DNA of 64,000 bases from Raillietiella orientalis. Its lineage: Eukaryota. This document shows positions 39,301 through 51,520 of this stretch, piece after piece; the stretch's first letter is position 1, and every line of letters starts with the position of its first letter. Where the stretch lies: the NCBI GenBank assembly GCA_036172245.1, contig JAYWIR010000002.1, forward strand, positions 4,836,001 through 4,900,000, read 5' to 3'. The translations under genes were made by a program, and so were the position numbers. The notes under the pieces are model-generated. The model made no database searches and was not told the DNA's origin. It saw nothing but the letters and a program-made list of their open reading frames with translations.

Positions 39301-41776
39301 GATGATGCGGGACCGATTACGTGCTCTCTGCAGATTGCGGCCGGGGAAGAAAATCCCGGCAGGACCGTCATCCCATCCCGCGTCTCCCGGAGAAGTGTCT
39401 CCGGGACGCCGCAAGGGTCGGGAGCGCGCCTCTTCCCTGCCTTCCCTTCTCCTACCCCACAGGAGGCCCACGAGAAGGGAGAGGGAGCTCCACACAGCCC
39501 TTCCCCCTGCCCGAGGAGGTGCTCCCCTGCGCGACGCGCGCGGAGTCCCACCCTTCCCGGAATGCGCGCCGCCGCACACCCTGGAACGCGTGCTCCTTAC
39601 CTGGGACCGCTGCGCCCGCAACGTGGAATCAGCCGGCGGGAGCTCCCGGAAGTATTTATCAGGAGCAGTGAAAGCTGGCGACGAATAAGTAGGCGCCGGG
39701 AGCCGCCTCCGCCGTGTCACATCCTTAGGCTCCTCCCCGCATCCGGCTCTCCCGTGGAAACCGCCGCGCGCCTTCTCCCTCCTTCCCCTTTTCCTTTTTC
39801 CCGCCTCCCCTCCCACCTGCCGGTAAGCGGGGCGGGCTGCAAGGCAATCCCTGCCGCTGCCCTCGCAGACCTTCAGCGGAGGAGGAGGCGGTGCGCACGG
39901 GGGGAGGAGAAGGGGAGGAAGAGCCGTCTTCCCCTGCCCCGAGGCTACGGCCCCTTCGCTCGCGATCGCGGAAGCAGCCCGTCTCCCCACGACGCCTCCG
40001 AGTGAGTCACCTCCCTATGAGGCTTCCGGTGGTCTCTTGAACGCCTCGGGGCAGAGAGGGAAAGGGTAGACACTCCTATTCCCTCCCGAGGATGCTCCTG
40101 CGGCGACCCCGTCGTCACTCTTCCGCCGCCCCTCTTCCACCTCCTCCTTCAGAGGAGAGCCCTGTGCAGGGACGATAGCCACAGGGCTTCCACCCTTGCC
40201 CTCCTCCTTCCTTGACCTCTCCCGGAGCTCACCCTCGAGTACGAGCGGGGCTAGGAGCCGCCGGTGAGCGAACCTCTAAAGTCTCACCTCCTTGGTGAGG
40301 GTGACCGGGTGCTGTCCTGCCTTCCCTTCCTCGCTGCTGACGCGCCTTCCGCCTCGCCTGCGTTCCATCTCCGCGGCAACGGCTGGTTTCCCCTTTTCCG
40401 CCTTTCGTCTCCGTCCCTCTTCCTCGGAACTTAACGTTTTCCTTGCGTCCGGAGATACCGGAATCCCGGCCTGCGGCTCTCCAAAAGGGTCGAGGAGGCC
40501 TATGAGGGTGGACCAGGGGAGGCGCCCTCTTCTGAAAGACCCTGAAGATGTGCATTGTCCCAGGTGAGTTTCCGAGGGACCCCATCGACTGGAAGGACGA
40601 CCCAGGGGAGCGCGAGGACAGAGGGATCCCTGCCTTCCCGTTGCAGGGGGGATCCCTGCATCCCGGTCTATCTACAACCTGGGACGCGAGGTTCCCCCTG
40701 GAGAGAACGACGAATACCGCCGCTTCCCTGGATGAGAGGGAGGAGGCAAAGGGGAGGAAGTAGGGGACTCCGGATCGGCTCCCTTCTTCCCCGAGAATGC
40801 TTTTCCGAGCCGAGAGGCTCTGGGATGATGCGGGATGAGAAGGAGGGAATATTCGGGAGAGTCCTGCGGGACCGGAGATTTTCACTGGGAGCTGGGAGGA
40901 GGGGTAGACGGAGCTTTTCCCGTGCCCCGGAAGGGACCGCTGGGATCGAGGTGGTGTTCCCGGTGAATCTCGGCTGGTGCTCCAGCGAAGACGGGAACGG
41001 ATGCGCGCCGCTTCCAGAAAATTACGGTCGTGTGGGTCCCTGGAGCTTTGGGGGACTTCCTCATTCCCGTATACCCTTCTTGAGTCGCACAAGGTTCCCC
41101 TGGGTCCAGACAGTGTGGGAGCTGCGGCCACCTAACCCGTTCCCTACTTCTTTCCCTTTCCCTCATCGCCGTCTGGGTAACACGGCGTGCTGGAAGGAGG
41201 GAATGGAGATCGCCAGAGTTTTGGAAAGAGGCAGGAGCGAGCGTAAGCCGCGGTCGACAGCCACATCGCTGTCTGGCAAGGGTCATCGGTATCCCTCTAC
41301 GGGAGGATGCTCGGAAACGTATCCTGGTCTCTCCTGCCCACGATTATCTCCCCCTTCGCAGCCGCCAATCGGACCCCGGGTGTGCCTCGTCTCGGGGCAC
41401 CACCTCACCAGAGGATCACCTCTGCCAGGGATGTTCGCTCCGAGCCGTCCTCCTCTTGCAGCACTGGATTCGGATCATGGAGGGAACCCTCCCTTCCCCT
41501 AGGGGACCGTCGACCGGGCGTCCCGAAGGAACCTGCACGCGGCGCCTCCCTCTCTAGCATGAAGGACGCAAAAAGAAGGCTCAAACAGCATCCGGGATGT
41601 CCACGAAGAATCGGGAAGACCCTCCTCCGTCCTCCGGGGAAAGAACAGAGGCGTGGTCTCCGTGAGAACCGGAGCACGCACTCGAGGAAGCGCTCTCGAG
41701 AGAGTCGCCACGAAAACACGCCCCCCACGCAACCGCGTGCCCTCTTCCGGAAACTCTCTGTCCCGGTTGCGCAACA

Positions 41777-42601
41777 CGCACTCTTCCCGGCCGGGAGGAG
41801 CACGAATTTCCACGCCGCGGGCTCCCGGGGACATCGCGAACCCGCGAGGTGTTGGGGAGGAACACCGTCTGCACCGTCTCTCGAAGGAGCGAAAGCCTCG
41901 AGCAACGGCGGGCAGGATGCTGGTTCCGATCCGTTTGCGCCTCCGAACGGAGCCAAAGGAAACGCTGCGCCAACATCCGCATCCGCCCTGCGGGATTATC
42001 GAAAGGGAGGAGTCCTTCCCGCTCTAAGACAGGCCCTTTGGAAACGACATGCAGCGCACGTGTCCCACGCTTTCTCTTCCTCCTCCTCCTCCTCCTCCTT
42101 ACTTCTTCCTCTACCTCCTCTTCTTCTTCCTCCTTCCTTCCTCTCCCTCCTCCTCCTCCTCCTCCTCTTCTACCTTCTCCTCCTCCCTTCCCTCCTCTTC
42201 CTTTCTCTCTTTTTCCCAGTCCCTTCCTCTTGCACTCCTTCCTGCTCTTTGCTCCCCTCGTTTCGTGAACAACTATCGCGCTGACTCTTCAGTACCTCTC
42301 GCATTGCCGATCCGAATGGAAGTCTGTCCCGAGTTTTCGTCCCGGACAGGCTCTCGCCACGGGATTTCGTCGGCGTGAGCGAGGAGCGAGGGATGACAGC
42401 GGCGGTGGTGGTGGCGATTCCTCGGCAATCCTGTGAGGAGAGAAGGAGGGGAAAGCGGGGCCATTCCGGGTCCTCGTGACATCTCGGCTGGAGTCCCTCC
42501 AGAGGTGCGTCCGAGAGAGGGTTTTGGCGAGCAGCCGCAGCAGCGTCCGCCATTTCCGGGGGCGCGGTGACGGCGACAAAGTTGGTGGCACGGTGGTTGG
42601 C
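41777..42601 (+). repeat. Left arm (825 bp) of near-perfect inverted duplication 1
   Basis: Reverse complement of 43642-44466 (paired coordinates sum to 86243). Identical ORF translations on opposite strands (42049..42378+ = 43865..44194-). Confidence 0.95.
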
Positions 42602-43641
42602 CGAAGAAGGGAGAGAGGGCGGCGCGGATCGAACGGGATTTGCAGGGAAGCGGGGTAGGCGAGCCGCGGGGACCGATGACCTCAGATCCGTTCCTGCGGC
42701 CAGCCGGATCAGTGCGTGAGCTCACATGGCTCGGCGTTGGATGTGGGCGTTGCGGCACGGATCGAGGGGATGTCCCTGGAGTGGAGCGTAGCGGGAGTGT
42801 GGACGCTGCCCTTCTCGCGGCAGCGAGAGGAGCAGCGTGAGGTGAGGTTGAGCAGGGGAAGGCGAGCGCGCAGCGTCACCGCAAGCAATAGCGGTGACGG
42901 CGGGAATGGCCGAAAAGAAGAGGAATGTGGAGGAGGAGAAAGGGAGGAGGAGTGGGGTGAGGTGGGGAGGGGCGGAGCGGAGCGGGGAGAGGAGCCTCCA
43001 CTGTACGCAGTCTGTCGTCTGCCTGTGGGCGCCACATCGGAGGGACACGCGTGCCTGGGGAAGAAGGTCGGTCCTCCGCCTGCCCTCACGGAAGGAGACG
43101 GATTTGGGCTCGGCTCCGGACGAGTCGCCTGCATTCGGAGGAGCACCCAGCGGCGGCGAGGTTTGAGATCCTTCCGAGATCCGAGGGCCGTCGCCCGAGG
43201 CACTCGAACCTGGGACGCCGCTCAAAGAGGCTGCGGCGAGGACCCGCACTGGCTGGATGGAAGACGCCGCCGTTAGGACAGCTGCGGCTGGAGGAGGGAT
43301 CTTCTCGCGCGAGACGCAGCGGAGGCGGCGGCTACTTTCGTGGTCCAGGAGCGGCAGCCACCTCGAATTGACTCGCCCGCCTGGTGCCCGGTATGACACC
43401 GGCGACGAAAAACAGCCGCACGTGGACACCATCCAAGATGGCAGCGCCGTGGTTCCTTAGGGAATAGCGGGGAAAAGGAATTCTCAGAGAGATGAAAGGG
43501 AAGTCGGAGCCGTAGGCCAAGCGCTCGTTCAGCGCCAACAAGCCCCAGGAAGGATAGGGTAGGGGAGTGAGAGACAGCGTTCTTGGGCGAGAACCGTTTA
43601 TTCACGTTTGGCAGCTACTGGACTGTCCCTCGCCCTGAGAT

Positions 43642-44466
43642 GCCAACCACCGTGCCACCAACTTTGTCGCCGTCACCGCGCCCCCGGAAATGGCGGACGC
43701 TGCTGCGGCTGCTCGCCAAAACCCTCTCTCGGACGCACCTCTGGAGGGACTCCAGCCGAGATGTCACGAGGACCCGGAATGGCCCCGCTTTCCCCTCCTT
43801 CTCTCCTCACAGGATTGCCGAGGAATCGCCACCACCACCGCCGCTGTCATCCCTCGCTCCTCGCTCACGCCGACGAAATCCCGTGGCGAGAGCCTGTCCG
43901 GGACGAAAACTCGGGACAGACTTCCATTCGGATCGGCAATGCGAGAGGTACTGAAGAGTCAGCGCGATAGTTGTTCACGAAACGAGGGGAGCAAAGAGCA
44001 GGAAGGAGTGCAAGAGGAAGGGACTGGGAAAAAGAGAGAAAGGAAGAGGAGGGAAGGGAGGAGGAGAAGGTAGAAGAGGAGGAGGAGGAGGAGGAGGGAG
44101 AGGAAGGAAGGAGGAAGAAGAAGAGGAGGTAGAGGAAGAAGTAAGGAGGAGGAGGAGGAGGAGGAAGAGAAAGCGTGGGACACGTGCGCTGCATGTCGTT
44201 TCCAAAGGGCCTGTCTTAGAGCGGGAAGGACTCCTCCCTTTCGATAATCCCGCAGGGCGGATGCGGATGTTGGCGCAGCGTTTCCTTTGGCTCCGTTCGG
44301 AGGCGCAAACGGATCGGAACCAGCATCCTGCCCGCCGTTGCTCGAGGCTTTCGCTCCTTCGAGAGACGGTGCAGACGGTGTTCCTCCCCAACACCTCGCG
44401 GGTTCGCGATGTCCCCGGGAGCCCGCGGCGTGGAAATTCGTGCTCCTCCCGGTCGGGAAGAGTGCG
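43642..44466 (-). repeat. Right arm (825 bp) of inverted duplication 1
   Basis: Mirrors 41777-42601, including the CCT/GGA tract. One mismatch noticed, at 44453. Confidence 0.95.
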
Positions 44467-44839
44467 GAACATGTCCACGTCCATCCTGGGCCATCGTGTC
44501 CGAAGCAGGCGTGTCATTTGTGATGGGAAAAGTGGTCGTTGTCGGATGCCGGAACGGAGGCCTTTGCTTTGGAGAAGACATAGAAGAGCCTGATTCCTGA
44601 TTCGCGTGGTCCATTGGTTCTATCCTGCGAGATTATGATGGATATCTCGTCGGATTGGGGAGTTCCCCTCTTACTGGGGATGAAATCATCATAGGCCGAA
44701 CGAGCAGCAGGGAGGAACGGGGACCTGCTTCGCAGATCTCGTAGCTTTGTGTGCATCCAACGGAAGATCCCAGAGTTACAAGAGGAAATGGGCTTGTTGC
44801 CATTGGTTTCGATCTCTCCCATGGTACCCGCGGAAATTT

Positions 44840-45310
44840 ATCACCCAGTCACGCCGGGGTGTTTATTTACATAAACTGGTAGTAGACACAGTCCTCAACC
44901 AACACAGCAACAGAAGAAAAGTGAAGTCACCGACACGCAGGCCGGGAAAATATGAAGTTCTCAACGGGGGGGGAACAACGGGATAACAAAAACAAAGACG
45001 GGAGGGAAGGGGAACGGGTCTTTGGTGAGGCCCTGTACTCAACGGGATAAGAACAAAAAGCACCAACAGAGTTCCGCGGAAATTGGGAAAGGGCAAGGTG
45101 CGGGAGGGGGCGGAGTCACAAGTGTCACCTCTGCCTGGGCTTGCGTACCGCGGACTCGTGGTGTGCGAACATCGCGACGCACTCGCAACAGTATTGTGCC
45201 TTGGGAGTTCTTGGAGCCCGCAGCGGCCCGCCGAGGTCCCAGGGGGTGACAGACGAGCAAGGTCGGATCCCGCTGATGGAGGTTGAAGGGGCGGGATGAA
45301 GCCATGCCCA
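44840..45310 (-). mobile_element. L1/Tx1-like LINE 3' fragment (strongly decayed)
   Basis: AATAAA (44867-44862) followed by caccccggcgtgactgggtg, T-rich tract and weak similarity to the family 3' region. Confidence 0.5.
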
Positions 45311-46794
45311 CTGGCAGGTCGGCTACACGGAAGCTACTCGAGGGTCAGGGGGAGAGGGCAATGAATGAGCGGAAGAAGAAGGGAAGGGAGGTCTTGTAGC
45401 CTTCGCGCTCTCTGCAGCTTCTGTGCGATGCTCACGGCGTCCCTCCACCCTTTTCTTCCCCATCCGGAATCCACCGGGTCCGGGAGTCGGACGCTTCTCT
45501 TCTGCCATTCGTTCCCCGGCAGGCAAGATCGCTTGCGGCAAGGCCGTTCTCTGACGAATCTCTGAAGGAATGGGAGAATGGGGGAAGCTCCTTCATCATT
45601 TCCGTCCCTCAGGACCTAGCGGATGCTGTTCGTCTCGTCTCGAAGCTTCCCGAGCAGCCTCCTCGAATGCTTGGGCGCTAGCGGCTCCGCGAAAATGCCG
45701 TGAGGAGTGTTTGCGAAGGGGAGGGAGTACACCCCTGCCGTCCCGAAAAGACCAGGGTAACATCTCGCTTGGAAGAAAAGACCAGGAGAGATGGGAAGCG
45801 GAGACGGGAAGCTCGGCACAGCTTCCCTTTCGCAAGATGACGCCCAGATCAAGCCGAACACTCCCTGCTCCGCAGAAGCGCAGGCGATCCCCTTCGCAGA
45901 GGAGGGACGTTCGGTCCACACGATGAGCTGCACTGTGGCTCAAGGAGGATGCAAGGTCAGCGGCGTGGAGCTGAGGAGTTTATCTTCTTCTTCTTCTTCT
46001 GTCCCCTGGCAGGTGGCGAGTGATACTTTACTATTTCTTGTACTCTTTTGAAGTAAAATGTGATGGTTCGCCTGCGATACCCGTTTTGGATGAGGCGTGG
46101 GAGATGAGTAATATTTTTTCTACAGAGGAAGAATTTGACAACTGGATGCAGAGAATGACAAGATTAAATGTTGTGGTAATTTTAAGTACTGAGAACTTAA
46201 ACCTAACATTTGCTAGCAAATTTACACAATATTTAGACAAACACGAGACGGGCTTCACCGAGGGAGAAACGTGGGGACGGAGTAGCCCCGGTGTTCGACG
46301 CGAAAGCGCCGAAACGGGTCCTCCGAGTTCCTCGGGGGTCCACTATTCGCCGACACAGCACTTCCCTTCCCCAACGCAGGACGAAGCCACGTGAGCGGTG
46401 GGAGGCGCCTCCCTGCACCGATCACGGCCCGGCGATCCCGTTTCCCCCTCTTCCATACCGTCTCCCGCGTCTCCAGGGATTCCGGAAGCGGCGGAGCGTC
46501 CTCCTCAGTCGGTGGGGAATCCTACCCGGCCCCGACATCCCGTGCACGTTCTTGAGCGGGAAGAAGCAGAGTCTCCTCCGACTGGTCCGGCCTCGTCTGA
46601 CTGACCCTTCTCGTTCGCTCGCAAGCGGAGCGCTCCAAGTGGATGAACCTATCTCCCCACCGGATTTCCCAAGAAGCCCTCGCCTCCTCGGTAAGACGAC
46701 ACGCACGGCCAAAGTTGAAGATCAGTCCTCCAGGTAACGCACGTTTGGGGTCATCGCAGAGGTCAATTCTCCCCGAGTCCAGGTCTCACTCTGG

Positions 46795-47450
46795 ATTTTC
46801 ACCCGGGTCCACTGGGGCGTTTATTTCATTAAAAAAAAAACGCATTTACAACCTGTGTGGTTGGGTTGGTGGTCCAACCACGTCCATTTCTGAAGGAACC
46901 TGCCAGGTCTCCGGTACACAGGCTGGTAGTGTTCGCCTCAGCAGCGGATGGGGGGGAAGGGAGCGAGCAAAAATAAAAATAGATAAATAAACTTGGGAAG
47001 GTACGGGAAGGGATCCCATTCTGCTGGGAGCGGTCCTCCGCATCCTATCGAAGATTCTCGCTAATTCGCTCTGCATATAATTCAGGGGGCAGAGAAGCAT
47101 CTCGTTGTCCTCCGAAAAAGACTTGAGGCGAAGTGGATGGCGCTCCTGTAGCTCCCTTCTCCTCCGGCGTCGCTCCAGTCCGATACAATCCCTCATAGGC
47201 AGCAAAGAGCTGCAAGAGATGCTGTCGGCGGTAGTGGCGCCGCACACGAAGAGGACTGTCTCCATGCGTCCATGGAATTGCCATTTGAGATACCGAGGAT
47301 CGCGGCAAAGAGTTCCTCCCTCCGGCCCAAAGGGGCTGGAGGGCAACGCGATAATCCGCAAGCAGGCGCGGGAGGGATCCACGTTGTTCCCCGCACCCTC
47401 CACGGAGGCCTCACTCTGCAGGAATCGCCCTCGAGAGCGCAGTTGACCAC
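46795..47450 (-). mobile_element. L1/Tx1-like LINE 3' fragment, partly duplicated in inverted orientation at 48133-48579
   Basis: PLPPTASLAALCCL (cf. TLTPTASLAALCCP at 26245) and QSELARIFDRMRR (cf. KQELAGILHRMQR). Hairpin 46857-46881 and AATAAA 46825-46820. Confidence 0.65.
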
Positions 47451-47621
47451 AAAGCAGATGAGGTCACGGGGAGTTCGAAAGGGGGAGGCCAAGATGTCAG
47501 GGGAAGGGGGACGTGGGATGGGAGATTCGCCGCCGCTTTCCCATCCCCTGATGGCTTCTCGTCTTCAATGCCTCGTCAGTGGAACGATCCTTACAGGCGT
47601 CACTCGAGGAACTTCGGACCC
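47175..47621 (+). repeat. Left arm (~447 bp) of near-perfect inverted duplication 2
   Basis: Reverse complement of 48133-48579 (paired coordinates sum to 95754). ORF 47193..47492- is identical to 48262..48561+. Confidence 0.95.
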
Positions 47622-48132
47622 AAAGGGTCCAAATGTCCTCGGGAGGGAAGAAGAACGCTCTCGCCCACCTTTCCCTAACCCTATTTACCCTCCCTACCTT
47701 TCCCGCGGGAGGACCTCTTCCGCAGCGGCAATGGATCCCGAAGCGAAGCCGTTGGAAGGAGGAAAGGGAAGAATGGCACGGGGGATCCGGTTTGCTTCCG
47801 GAGGCAGGCAATGGGGAAGGCAAGGGAGAGGGGAATGAGACTTCGTCCTCATCTCGCTTCCTCCCTCCGGAGAGGCGAGAATTTCCTCTCCTCCCCCGGC
47901 CGGGACCTCCGTGCGCCGTGCTGAAGGGCAGGTTCCATGACCCGGGGGCGTTACTCTCTTCCGGGGACAGGCGGGAATGCCCCAGCTACCAGCTGGGTCA
48001 CTGAGACACGCATTTGTGCCGGAAGCGGGGAGAATTCCAGGCGGGATACGATAGGGAGAAAGGAGGAGAGGGGAGGACAGAGGGCTGAGCGCAAATCGCA
48101 AGGACAGCGATGGGCCTCCGGGCGTCCCCAGC

Positions 48133-48579
48133 GGGTCCGAAGTTCCTCGAGCGACGCCTGTAAGGATCGTTCCACTGACGAGGCATTGAAGACGAGAAGC
48201 CATCAGGGGATGGGAAAGCGGCGGCGAATCTCCCATCCCACGTCCCCCTTCCCCTGACATCTTGGCCTCCCCCTTTCGAACTCCCCGTGACCTCATCTGC
48301 TTTGTGGTCAACTGCGCTCTCGAGGGCGATTCCTGCAGAGTGAGGCCTCCGTGGAGGGTGCGGGGAACAACGTGGATCCCTCCCGCGCCTGCTTGCGGAT
48401 TATCGCGTTGCCCTCCAGCCCCTTTGGGCCGGAGGGAGGAACTCTTTGCCGCGATCCTCGGTATCTCAAATGGCAATTCCATGGACGCATGGAGACAGTC
48501 CTCTTCGTGTGCGGCGCCACTACCGCCGACAGCATCTCTTGCAGCTCTTTGCTGCCTATGAGGGATTGTATCGGACTGG
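48133..48579 (-). repeat. Right arm (~447 bp) of inverted duplication 2
   Basis: Mirrors 47175-47621 with one mismatch noticed near the inner end. Weaker similarity continues ~30 nt beyond the outer end. Confidence 0.95.
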
Positions 48580-48789
48580 CGCGACTCCAGAGGAGGAGGA
48601 AAGGGCGCAGAAGCAGGGCCACGGTCGGGATACTGCTCGCCGACAGCCTATCCCCTCCACCCCCCTTGGAAGCGACTCTCCGGGCTAAAGTCCCTCTCGT
48701 TCGGGGAGCGGTGGGGGGAGGAGAAGAAGAGGAGAGCAGGCCGGTTCCTTTCCTCCTCATCCCTGCGCGGCAGCACCTTGGGAAGCGCT

Positions 48790-49125
48790 CGCTTCAATTA
48801 CTACAACCGCCGCTGATTCATTATTCATCCCAAGGAGCGGCTCGAAGTGCCGCTCGCTCCAAACGTCAGCCTAATGAATTTCATCTCTTTAGGGATAAAG
48901 AGGATGCTGATTAAGCAGTCACTTTCTTTGCACGGATCTCCATCCTTTTTGAGATTTTTCAGCAGTTTTCCATTCTTCAAAAAACAATGCGACCCGTTGA
49001 TTATTGGATTTCTTTTTAATAGGCGGAACATTCATGGACTTGTTAATTGAGTTGAGAAAGTTGAAGAAAACCTCTTGAGATCTTCCAGTTAATTGAACAT
49101 ATTATTAGCCCGGAAAGGATTTTTT
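48790..49125 (-). mobile_element. Possible decayed Penelope-like RT remnant (AT-rich island)
   Basis: FRANNMF (for FRYVDDIF), then FFNFLNSINKSM...NNQRVALF...SVQRK, resembling the PLE pattern FL..LNS....I.FT.E.E.N..L.FLD...VYRK. Confidence 0.35.
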
Positions 49126-50099
49126 CCGGTCTCCCTGGGACGCCTCGCTAGGGCAAAGATCCGGCGGAATAATGGAGGATCGGGCGGGTAGTTCTCGCCC
49201 CCAAGGGCGCACGCCGAGCGAGGACGCAGCCAGCGGGCGAGGGAGGGGCGCGGCACGCACCCCGCTCCAGCGCCCTGACGAGCGTCGCTCGGTCCCCCGC
49301 CTTCCGGAAGAGACGAACAAAGAGACCGCTGGCAGAGCAAGGAGGAGGAGTTGAGACGCCAACTTTGCGGAAAGGCTGGGCGGCAGCTCTCCGGGTCTCG
49401 GGAAGAAGGTGCCATCTTAGGTCCGACCCCCCTTTCAACTCTCGCTGCAGGCATTGACTCCCTCCCTCCCACACACAGAGGTCTCACATAGAGGTCTTCG
49501 TTACTTTGAAAGATACAGGGTTCCTCCTTTGGAGGGATCTCGTGTACAAAATGGACGGAAACGAGACTGATATTGCCGATTCACAGCTTCCGTAGCATCA
49601 TTCACGAGTTGAATGTTCCGAGATGCTGGATCACTTCTGACAGGACGTCACTCATGGTCGTGGAATGTTTTCGCCCGTTGATCCTGGGGAGCTCATTAGA
49701 TGTAGCACTTGAGAAGGTCTCTTCAAAGAAGTTGGAGAGGGGTTCTGCTATTCCACGGCAGCTCCTCCGTTTTCATATGGCCGCGGAAGGCAAACAGGAA
49801 GCGGCACGCGTGGAGGTTCTTACTTTTCGAGGGGTTCACTAGTGGGGGGGGAGGCGATCGTCACTAGCTGCATCCTCATATCAGCTAATGTCGTCATCTT
49901 CCATGGCCTGTTCCTCGGCATGCGGTTCAGCGTCGTCGGCTCTGCTGCAAGATGTTCTGGAATCGACTGAGGGAACGGGGCTGCGAACCGTATACGCAGG
50001 CGGCACAAGTGGAGCACTGGGTGTGGGGTTGGGGTTAGGGCTAGCCAAGTAGAGGAGGTCAAAGTTTGTCAGGGGGAGAAAGGTATCCAGAACCTTGGT

Positions 50100-51520
50100 G
50101 GATAGTTGGTACTCGATGTGCTTCGCGTAGGTGTCTCGGGATGCTCTTATGACGGCCGCGATCATTCTGTCCCTAAGGGCTTTTGCGTGCGGCTCGAGTA
50201 TTCCAAGTCTGTCCAGAACTCCATCGTTCCTTGGGTCCTAGGTTCCCAGTGTGCCGAAGATAAATGCATCCACGTAGACCGTCCTGCCGGAGCTGCGTAA
50301 ATACTGGGCAACCTGAGCATACTTTTTGACTTTTTTCTGCCCTGACAATTCTGAAAGAGTCCCAACAGTTCTCAAAGGGGATAGCAACACCGATAACGGA
50401 AACCTGGGAGTCGTCATAGGAAACAAGGTCGGGTCGTTGGGAGGACTCTGAATCGCCCACTTGTCGGTCGGCTTGAAGTCTGAGCCAGTAGGGGCGCGAG
50501 ACTTCGGCTAGTTCTTTAAGGACTAAGTTTTGGCGCTCAGTTATGGAACTGCCAAGTGGTATTGGCAGTAGGCGATTACGTGGCGGAGAGATTCCTTGGG
50601 CCAGGTTCATCTTCTGCATCTCTCAAAGAAGCCGGAGAGCTTCATGTTTCTTCATATTGAGCGTCAGTAAGTTCAGCCGCGCTTGGTGGATGAATCTTCA
50701 ATCTGAAAAACGGGGAAACTCACATCTCTGCAGAAAGCTGCTGGAGGCAGGATGCTGGGACACACAGTCCATGATTCGACCCTGATCAGGCTTGCTGAGC
50801 AGAATAGACGTTCTGACCATCCGCTGCATTGAGCGAACAGTTTTGGTCTCTTGCTAACGATGATAGCAGGTGATCCATTCGCCAGGAATTGAAATGACAA
50901 GGGAGTCATCCTGGACGGACCAGGACAGCAGGAGCCTTTGGAGCTAAGCTTTTGGAGGCTTGTTGCACTGCTGACCAGAAGCTCCTTGGGTCTACAGAGG
51001 GGACATTAAAAGAGGGGTCACATCACCATTCAGGAAGCGAGCAGTGGTAATGTTCGTTAGGGGAGAGAGGGATTTGAGCCTCACCACTTCACCCAATGAA
51101 CTGCACGCGAGTCCACGTACCTTTGGGTCAGAAGAGGACAATAGCTTGAAAGCGGAGTCCACGCACATGATGGAGCTCTTTTCCTGGAGGATGGGAGATC
51201 CCATGCCTCCAACAGGAGTAGCAATAGAAAGGTACTCCTTGGAAGCGGCTTGAAGGAGGGTAAGCACCTGAGATTTCAGTGCTTTCGAAATGATGTTGTT
51301 CAGCTGCTTGCAAAAGCTGAGGGGCCTGAGGTGGAATTGAAGAGAGAGAGTGAGGAAAAAAGAAGACCTTGGGGGCATCTAATTTCTGCCAAGGGATCAG
51401 GGCAGAGTCGAGAATCCGTTCTAAATTCTGAAGAGCTTCCTCTTCTCCAGAATCCGATGCAGGGAGTCGAACCCTACTGGTTTGCCTAGATACTCTTACA
51501 CTCGTACACACTTTGTCATT
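50100..51520 (-). mobile_element. Decayed NeSL/Utopia-type (R2 superfamily, restriction-like endonuclease) non-LTR retrotransposon, 3' part of ORF
   Basis: Collinear motifs across frameshifts and stops: EYLGKPVGF (end of RT), ILDSALIPWQKLDA, PVGGMG.P....VDSAFKLLSSSDPKV, RFSD*RFIHQARLNLL, degenerate CRR...ESLRHVIAYC knuckle, RQNLVL (RHN), RPDLV...VIGVAIPFEN, KVKKY...G..VYVDAFIFGTLGT-WDPRN, IRASRDTYAKH. Confidence 0.85.

Noticed and set aside
37100..41502. Several 300+ aa ORFs on both strands (37100..38047, 38145..39086, 38986..39990, 39019..40005, 40555..41502)
   Set aside because: Arg/Pro/Gly/Ser-rich, overlapping in several frames and with no recognisable domain, as expected by chance in very GC-rich DNA.
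41777..44466. Inverted arms as terminal inverted repeats of a DNA or foldback transposon
   Set aside because: No target-site duplication or transposase seen, and the arms are arbitrary low-complexity and decayed repeat sequence.
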